DNA of 64,000 bases from an uncultured Pseudomonadales bacterium (GTDB lineage Bacteria; Patescibacteriota; Microgenomatia; UBA1400; PJMF01), in NCBI GenBank assembly GCA_964412775.1, contig CAYPPX010000001.1, positions 65,122 through 129,121 of the forward strand, read 5' to 3'. This document shows positions 58,419-64,000 of this stretch, one piece after another. The notes beneath the pieces were generated by a model that searched no databases, was not told the origin of the DNA, and saw only the letters and a list, made by a program, of their open reading frames with translations. A program made the translations under genes and the position numbers. How positions within the stretch are numbered: position 1 is the first letter of the stretch; each line of letters begins with the position of its first letter.

Positions 58419-59969
58419 TTGACTTCGCTGTTCTATATGCAACAACCTGCCGCTAAACAACGAGTACCACTTTCAAAAAGACAAATTCCAACCCTGTTGG
58501 GCTTGGGTATTTTAATTATCTCTTTGGTTGCTGGTTTAATGATGTTTGGTGAAGGCACTGGTGTTTTTGCTCCTAGAGCTACTCCACAAACTACCCCTAA
58601 AAATGTCAAAGTTACTAATTTGACTGATAAATCATTTACGGTTGTTTTCTATACAGATGAAAGTACTAATGGTTTTGTTAAATTTGGTACTGATGAAAAA
58701 TCATTAAAATCTCAGGCTACTGATGATCGAGACCAACTTTCTGGAACGGTTGGTAACTATAGATTACATCATATTACTGTTAGAGGTTTGACCCCAAATA
58801 CTAGTTACAAGTATGTTCTAGGAACTGCTTCAAACTCAAATTTTGACAATGAGGGTGTGCCTTTTACCATCAAAACTTTACCTGCTACTACTGCTGTGCC
58901 ACCAACTAACAAGACTATTTATGGTACTGTTTCAACTACTGCCGGTGGTCCAGCAGAAGGTAGTTTAGTTTTTGTTTCGGCTGACGGTGTAGGTGAGATG
59001 TCAGCTTTGGTTAAGTCGTCTGCTAGTTGGGCGTTGGCTTTATCAAATGCTAGAAAAATTGATGGCACAGGTTATGCTGAGCTAGCTGATACCGCTAATA
59101 TTAAACTAACAGTTCAAGGTGTTGAACCAACTCAAGTTTCAAGCTTTAGTTTGCCTATTTCCGCTGCCCAACCAGTGCCAGATGTTACTTTGGGACAAGT
59201 TCCACAAATTACGGTAAGTGAGACCTTAAATGAAGTTGCTGAGGGTGCTGAAGAGGCGGTTTTGGATACTGATGCTACTGCGTTGAACTTGCCAGCAAAT
59301 GCTGGTGGTTTAGAGTCACTAACTGAAGTAATGGACTTTGTTGATCAAGCAGAGCCAACTGAGGTAACTAAGAGTAGTAATACTGCTAGCGCTGAGGAAA
59401 TTTTGGATGTGGTTGCTGAAGAAGTTTTGGACTTAACTCAAACGGCAACAACTGACAAACCAGTGTTGGTTTCTCAACCAATTATTAAGGGTAAAGCTGC
59501 CCCTAATGTTGAAGTATCGATCGAGGTTCATTCAAACTCAGAAATTATGAAAACAGTGACTGCTGATAGTGCTGGTGACTTTGTTTTGAATATTATTGAG
59601 CTCCAAAAGATTTTAGAACCAGGAGATCATACGGTTACTTATAGTTATACTGATCCAGGGACTGGTCAACTGGTAACCAAGACTCAATCATTTATTGTTC
59701 AAGCAACCGATACTTTTGCTGAGAACACCTCTCCGTTTGGTTCTGGTAATCCATTTCCAATTGAAACCCCAACAATTGCGCCAACTGTACCAGTTGCTTC
59801 GGCTACCACTGAGCCATCTACCAGATCAGCAATTGTTTCAACTGACAGTGGTGCTTATAAATCAGGTACTGTGGGTAACACCATTGCTTTATTGGTTGGT
59901 GGTTTATTCTTAATGTTTACTGGTTTGTGGAGTTGGTGGTTGGCTCAAGAAGTAGAAGCCGCTGAATAA
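58419..59969 (+). CDS. large bitopic surface protein with FN3-like and carboxypeptidase-regulatory-like (CarboxypepD_reg) beta-sandwich domains
   Basis: N-terminal TM, 'VKVTNLTDKSFTVVFYTDE...YRLHHITVRGLTPNTSYKY' FN3/PAP-N-like, 'IYGTVSTTAGGPAEGSLVFV' CarboxypepD_reg-like, C-terminal TM (LLVGGLFLMFTGLWSWWL). Confidence 0.4.
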   Translation: MTSLFYMQQPAAKQRVPLSKRQIPTLLGLGILIISLVAGLMMFGEGTGVFAPRATPQTTPKNVKVTNLTDKSFTVVFYTDESTNGFVKFGTDEKSLKSQATDDRDQLSGTVGNYRLHHITVRGLTPNTSYKYVLGTASNSNFDNEGVPFTIKTLPATTAVPPTNKTIYGTVSTTAGGPAEGSLVFVSADGVGEMSALVKSSASWALALSNARKIDGTGYAELADTANIKLTVQGVEPTQVSSFSLPISAAQPVPDVTLGQVPQITVSETLNEVAEGAEEAVLDTDATALNLPANAGGLESLTEVMDFVDQAEPTEVTKSSNTASAEEILDVVAEEVLDLTQTATTDKPVLVSQPIIKGKAAPNVEVSIEVHSNSEIMKTVTADSAGDFVLNIIELQKILEPGDHTVTYSYTDPGTGQLVTKTQSFIVQATDTFAENTSPFGSGNPFPIETPTIAPTVPVASATTEPSTRSAIVSTDSGAYKSGTVGNTIALLVGGLFLMFTGLWSWWLAQEVEAAE

Positions 59970-61107
59970 CTTCCCAAAGTTCTCGATTATCACCTTCATA
60001 GCCTAATGACCAAATGGCAATACCACCCAAGTTTAGTTGGTTTACATAGTCAAGTTTATAACTAAGTGAGGCCTCATTTTCATAGTAAACAGTGTAGTAT
60101 TTTTCGTCTTCAATATAAGTTAGGTATGGTTCTAAAGCTTTGTTATCCCAGTGTTCAACTAGCTGAAGTTCTGCTTTTCTAGCTAAGAGTTCTTTAACCC
60201 TTTTATAGCTTGCGGTAGCACCAGTTTCTGGCATGGTAAAGGCTTGTGGCTCTAGACTGGTTGTTTGCCATTCATAACCATAAAAAGGAATGCCTAAAAG
60301 GATCTTATGAGTAGGGACTTTTTTAGCAAACTCAACTAGGTAAGTATGGATGCTTTCTTGGAAGAGTTGGTTATCGTTAAAAAGAGGTGCCACTGGCCCA
60401 GCTTGAGCTGAAGAACTTTGTGTAAAGTCGTAAGCCATGACGACAATGTAGTCAACATGAGCCTGGAGTTGATCGATATCCCAAAGCATCTTTTTTTTGG
60501 CAGCTGCGGCATAAGTGTCAATACTTAGCTCAATTTTGTTTTTATATCTATTAGTTAAATGTTGTTTTAAATTAATTACTAGCTGGGTATATTTATCCCT
60601 AAGTTCCTGACTGGCTTCTCCGGTGTACTCAAGATCTAGGTTTACTCCAGAGAATGGATAGGCTAGTAGTAGCGAGTCTAGTTCTTGGAAGAATTGATTC
60701 TGAGCTGCAGTTGAGCTCAAAAACTGTTCTATTTTTTTATTTTCAAAAAGTGATAACACAATATTGATTTTTTTGTTTTCAGCAAAAAGTGAGTTTTGAA
60801 TGGTGGCAAACTTTTCTGACTGAAGTTGGTAAAAACCAGGATCTAGGTTTGAATCTTCGGTTGTTTTGAGTGTGCCATCTTCATTAATAGTTAGTGAGAA
60901 GTACGCTAGATCAGTTAGTTCTGGTTGAATAGTAACATCAGCTAAGTTCCAATAGGGTAAAAATCCTAAGATTTTTTTAGTGGTGGTTTGTTTGGTGAGT
61001 TTGTTGTCAGTTGAAAAGGGTGAAAACAACGGCAAATCAGCAAATAATAATACCAGTAATAATACTAAGAAACTAATCAGCAATAAAATATTGATAATTT
61101 TTTTCAC
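59917..61107 (-). CDS. glycoside hydrolase family 18-like protein (membrane anchored)
   Basis: N-terminal TM; 'FSGVNLDLEYTG' resembles the GH18 DxxDxDxE catalytic motif; 'GGIAIWSLGYEG'. Confidence 0.5.
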   Translation of the reverse strand: MKKIINILLLISFLVLLLVLLFADLPLFSPFSTDNKLTKQTTTKKILGFLPYWNLADVTIQPELTDLAYFSLTINEDGTLKTTEDSNLDPGFYQLQSEKFATIQNSLFAENKKINIVLSLFENKKIEQFLSSTAAQNQFFQELDSLLLAYPFSGVNLDLEYTGEASQELRDKYTQLVINLKQHLTNRYKNKIELSIDTYAAAAKKKMLWDIDQLQAHVDYIVVMAYDFTQSSSAQAGPVAPLFNDNQLFQESIHTYLVEFAKKVPTHKILLGIPFYGYEWQTTSLEPQAFTMPETGATASYKRVKELLARKAELQLVEHWDNKALEPYLTYIEDEKYYTVYYENEASLSYKLDYVNQLNLGGIAIWSLGYEGDNRELWEVIQRLLLLEPTTNSTNQ

Positions 61108-61138
61108 GGCTTTACAGAGTATATCAGATTATAACAGT

Positions 61139-63481
61139 TTATCTGGGCTCAACGTAATGTTTTTCGTAGATAATTTTGCCTTCTGCATCAGTAGCTCGAT
61201 TACAGTCAGCACAGTAAAGCTCTGTTACTGGATCTTGGTAAAGGGTGTGTCTTTCTAAGATTAAACCCTCAGCTTGTTCGCCATACTCAGGTGGAAGGCC
61301 AGTTTCTGGCTTGATCCAGACTTCTTTTTCAGTTTTAGTAGCAATAGCTGGTTGGCCTTCTTTCCAATAGTAGTCCTCACCCACTATGGCACAAGCATCT
61401 TCGTTTAGTTCTGGTGGAAAGCCGGATGCACAAACTGGTCCTTTGAGTACACTTTCTGGTTTTTCTTGCCAAAGAGGTTCTTGGTTTCTGAGGACATAGC
61501 TCATGATGTCATTAAAAATTGGGGCAGCCCCAGTAACACCAGAGGCAACATAACTCATTGAGGTATTGTCATTGTTTCCTACCCAAGTAATGGTTAAAAA
61601 GGCAGGGGTAAAACCAATAGTCCAATTGTCTTTTAAATCATTAGTGGTACCAGTTTTAGCACTGACAATTTGGTTTTTGATTACGAGTTGTGAATTGCTA
61701 CCAAAGGCTAAGGTTCTGGCACTATTGTCTTGCATAATGTGACTAGCTAAGTAGGCTGGAGCAGCATCCATCACTCTTTCTAGATCATCTATTTTGGTTG
61801 AGTATTCATCGCTTTGTAATTCTTTTAAATTAGCTAATGTTTTATCAATGTTGTACTCTTTGATTAATTCGCCTTTATAGTTTTCTATTTTTAAAATTGG
61901 ATTAAGTGGAACTTTAATTCCCAGATTAGCCAGTGAGCCAAAAGCTTGAGCCATATCTAGCATTCTGACTTCACCACCACCAAGGGCAATTGATGGGCCA
62001 TAGTGGCTAGGATCATCCCAACCGGTGATGCCCATTTTTTCTGCTTGGTTGATAAAAGTTGGAATGTCGATAGTACTAACTGCTTTGACTGCTGGGATAT
62101 TCAAAGAATTACCTAAAGACTGTCTAACTGAAATTGGTCCCTTGAAGTCTCCAGTATAGTTTTTGGGACAGTAGTCAGCTTGACCTGGTTGTTTGAAACA
62201 AGTCGGGATATCTAAAAGAATTGTCCCTGGACTGAGTTTTTTTTCTTGAAAAGTAGTGGCGTAAACTAATGGTTTGATCGATGAACCAGGTTGTCGACGG
62301 GCAATGGTGACATTTACTTGGCCATCATTTTCAGTATCAAAGTAATTTTTTGAACCAATCATTGCCAAGATTTCACCAGTGTTTGGTTTAGTGACTACGG
62401 CTGCTCCATTTGAGACTTTGAGCCTTTCTAAAGTTTCTAGCTCAGCAGATAAAGATGCTTGAGCAGCTTCTTGTAGATCCAAATCCAGAGTAGTAGTAAC
62501 TCTCAAACCACCTTTTTCCACGGTTTCTTCGCCATACTCGGCATAGAGTTGATCTCTAACATAAAATACAAAGTGAGGGGCTTTAATATCTGTTTTTTTC
62601 AAAGCAAATTGCAAAGTTTCTGCTTTGGCTGCTTCAGCTTCTAATGCAGTAATAAACTTTTCTTCGACCATTCTTCTCAAGACTTCAGCTTGTCTAGCTT
62701 TGGCTCTTTCTGGATCAGAACCAAAGGGTGAGTAGAGACTAGGTGCCTGAGGTAAACCAGCCAACATGGCGGCTTCTGCTAAGCTCAAATCTTTGGCACT
62801 TTTGTCAAAGTATTTTTTGGCAGCTGACTCAATGCCAACGGCTGTACCTCCATAAGAAATATAGTTGAGATACATTTCCAAAATTTCTTTTTTAGAGTAA
62901 ATAACCTCAGTCATGACAGAAAGAGTGGCTTCTTTAATTTTTCTTTGAAATGATCTTTCTGGGGTTAGTAAGGCATTTTTGACTAACTGTTGAGTGATAG
63001 TTGAGCCACCTTCTAGTCTATCACCAGTTAAATTATTTTTTACTGCTCTGATAATACCCTCTAGGTCAAACCCAAAATGTTTATAAAAATTTTTATCTTC
63101 AATGGCAATTGAAGCTTGGCCAACATATTCAGGTAAATCATCGATATTAATAGGAATTCGGTTTTCATCAGCATAAATCTCATAAAGAAGTTGGCCATGA
63201 CGGTCAAAAATCTGGGTGCTGACAGCAAAGTTTTCTTGTGAAGTGAGGTTTTTGGGAGATGGTAAGTCTTTGACAAAATAAGCAAAAACAGCCAAGAGAA
63301 CAGTCACTAGACCGATGAGTGCATATTTAGTAATTGGATCACTAACTATTTTTTTGAAGAACTCAAGTCTAGTTTTTGTTTTGTTATGATGTTTAGTTTT
63401 AGAAGAGATTTTATTTGAACCAAGCAAGGCCTTTGCCGCGACTTCTCTAATGGCTGATTTTTTAGTTTTCTTTTTTTTCAT
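61139..63481 (-). CDS. class A penicillin-binding protein (PBP1A; transglycosylase + transpeptidase)
   Basis: GT51 motifs 'EDKNFYKHFG', 'GGSTITQQLVKN'; TPase 'PGSSIKP' (SxxK), 'SLGN', 'KTGTTND'; N-terminal TM. Confidence 0.9.
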   Translation of the reverse strand: MKKKKTKKSAIREVAAKALLGSNKISSKTKHHNKTKTRLEFFKKIVSDPITKYALIGLVTVLLAVFAYFVKDLPSPKNLTSQENFAVSTQIFDRHGQLLYEIYADENRIPINIDDLPEYVGQASIAIEDKNFYKHFGFDLEGIIRAVKNNLTGDRLEGGSTITQQLVKNALLTPERSFQRKIKEATLSVMTEVIYSKKEILEMYLNYISYGGTAVGIESAAKKYFDKSAKDLSLAEAAMLAGLPQAPSLYSPFGSDPERAKARQAEVLRRMVEEKFITALEAEAAKAETLQFALKKTDIKAPHFVFYVRDQLYAEYGEETVEKGGLRVTTTLDLDLQEAAQASLSAELETLERLKVSNGAAVVTKPNTGEILAMIGSKNYFDTENDGQVNVTIARRQPGSSIKPLVYATTFQEKKLSPGTILLDIPTCFKQPGQADYCPKNYTGDFKGPISVRQSLGNSLNIPAVKAVSTIDIPTFINQAEKMGITGWDDPSHYGPSIALGGGEVRMLDMAQAFGSLANLGIKVPLNPILKIENYKGELIKEYNIDKTLANLKELQSDEYSTKIDDLERVMDAAPAYLASHIMQDNSARTLAFGSNSQLVIKNQIVSAKTGTTNDLKDNWTIGFTPAFLTITWVGNNDNTSMSYVASGVTGAAPIFNDIMSYVLRNQEPLWQEKPESVLKGPVCASGFPPELNEDACAIVGEDYYWKEGQPAIATKTEKEVWIKPETGLPPEYGEQAEGLILERHTLYQDPVTELYCADCNRATDAEGKIIYEKHYVEPR

Positions 63482-63571
63482 AAATAAAAAGTTATCTCTT
63501 CAAGAATAAAGTTTGATCTTGTGTTATAGTTTTTGTATCCTAAAATCTAGGACAAATTGTAATAGTGAATT

Positions 63572-64000
63572 ATGGCTTATCTACCTATGAATTGGCAAGG
63601 TTTTCTTTCAAGTAGCTGGTATCAATATTTAGATGACGATCACCAAGCAATTGTTAGGACAGCAATAAAGTTAGCTGAAAATGAAGATTTAATTGGCCAA
63701 TTAGAGGATTACTCATTTATTGTTTTTTTATTTGCTAAAGCTTATGAAGCTTTTTTAAAGACTTATTTACTCAATCTTAATTTAATTGATGAAAACCTTT
63801 ATAACAGTAAAAAATTTAGAATTGGTCGAGCGTTAAATCCTGATGTGAGTGCTAATCATCGAGATGAATGGTGGTTGTATGATGATGTTTCTAGACAGTG
63901 TGGTGAGGCAGTAGCTCACTCTCTTTGGTTGGCTTGGTTAGAGGGTAGGAACAGAGTGGTTCACTCATTTCCTGGAGAAGATCCACTGTACTCTTGGGAA
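63572..64000 (+). CDS. hypothetical protein (5' partial, runs off window end)
   Basis: Open frame from ATG at 63572 to window end with no stop (about 143 codons); hand-translated. Confidence 0.35.
   Translation, partial: MAYLPMNWQGFLSSSWYQYLDDDHQAIVRTAIKLAENEDLIGQLEDYSFIVFLFAKAYEAFLKTYLLNLNLIDENLYNSKKFRIGRALNPDVSANHRDEWWLYDDVSRQCGEAVAHSLWLAWLEGRNRVVHSFPGEDPLYSWE

Overview
The window looks like a low-GC bacterial chromosome segment with Candidate-Phyla-Radiation (CPR)-like character: small genes, an archaeal-type isopentenyl phosphate kinase, and a 23S-5S rRNA unit with no 16S gene immediately upstream. Recognisable housekeeping genes include lgt, rpsA, lepA, rpsT, murJ and a class A PBP. RNA genes are tRNA-Ile (anticodon UAU, minus strand), tRNA-Ala (UGC), a 23S rRNA and a 5S rRNA. 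The stretch from about 17.3 to 43.2 kb is a long surface-glycan cluster. It holds a Wzm/Wzt ABC-2 exporter, glycosyltransferases of families GT2, GT4 and GT26, two Wzy_C-like membrane proteins, a WbaP-like initiating sugar transferase, an SDR epimerase, three SGNH/GDSL hydrolases, two methyltransferases, a PLP-dependent decarboxylase and a carbamoyltransferase flanked by two tiny membrane proteins. The most unusual feature lies at 12.4 to 17.2 kb: a tandem, same-strand array of four paralogous cysteine-rich surface proteins. Their GC content is visibly higher than the flanking DNA. They carry repeated 8-Cys modules of about 50 aa, PT(E)-rich linkers and poly-Ser tracts. Three of the four end in a conserved LPxTG/LPxSG-like signal, 'LP[KQE][ST]GP[ES][ND]WL.YLQ[IV]GLGALG[IA]GALL[LI]LFL', that lacks the usual basic tail. 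They sit directly beside a tRNA gene, a conserved GC-rich 40-nt motif that recurs 7.5 kb upstream, and a MacAB/HlyD-type tripartite ABC exporter. Other points are a TraG/VirD4-like ATPase, PilN/PilO-like genes, a membrane glycosyltransferase-like gene split at a T7 run, and a purine-salvage trio embedded in the glycan locus. No CRISPR array, transposase or obvious prophage was seen.
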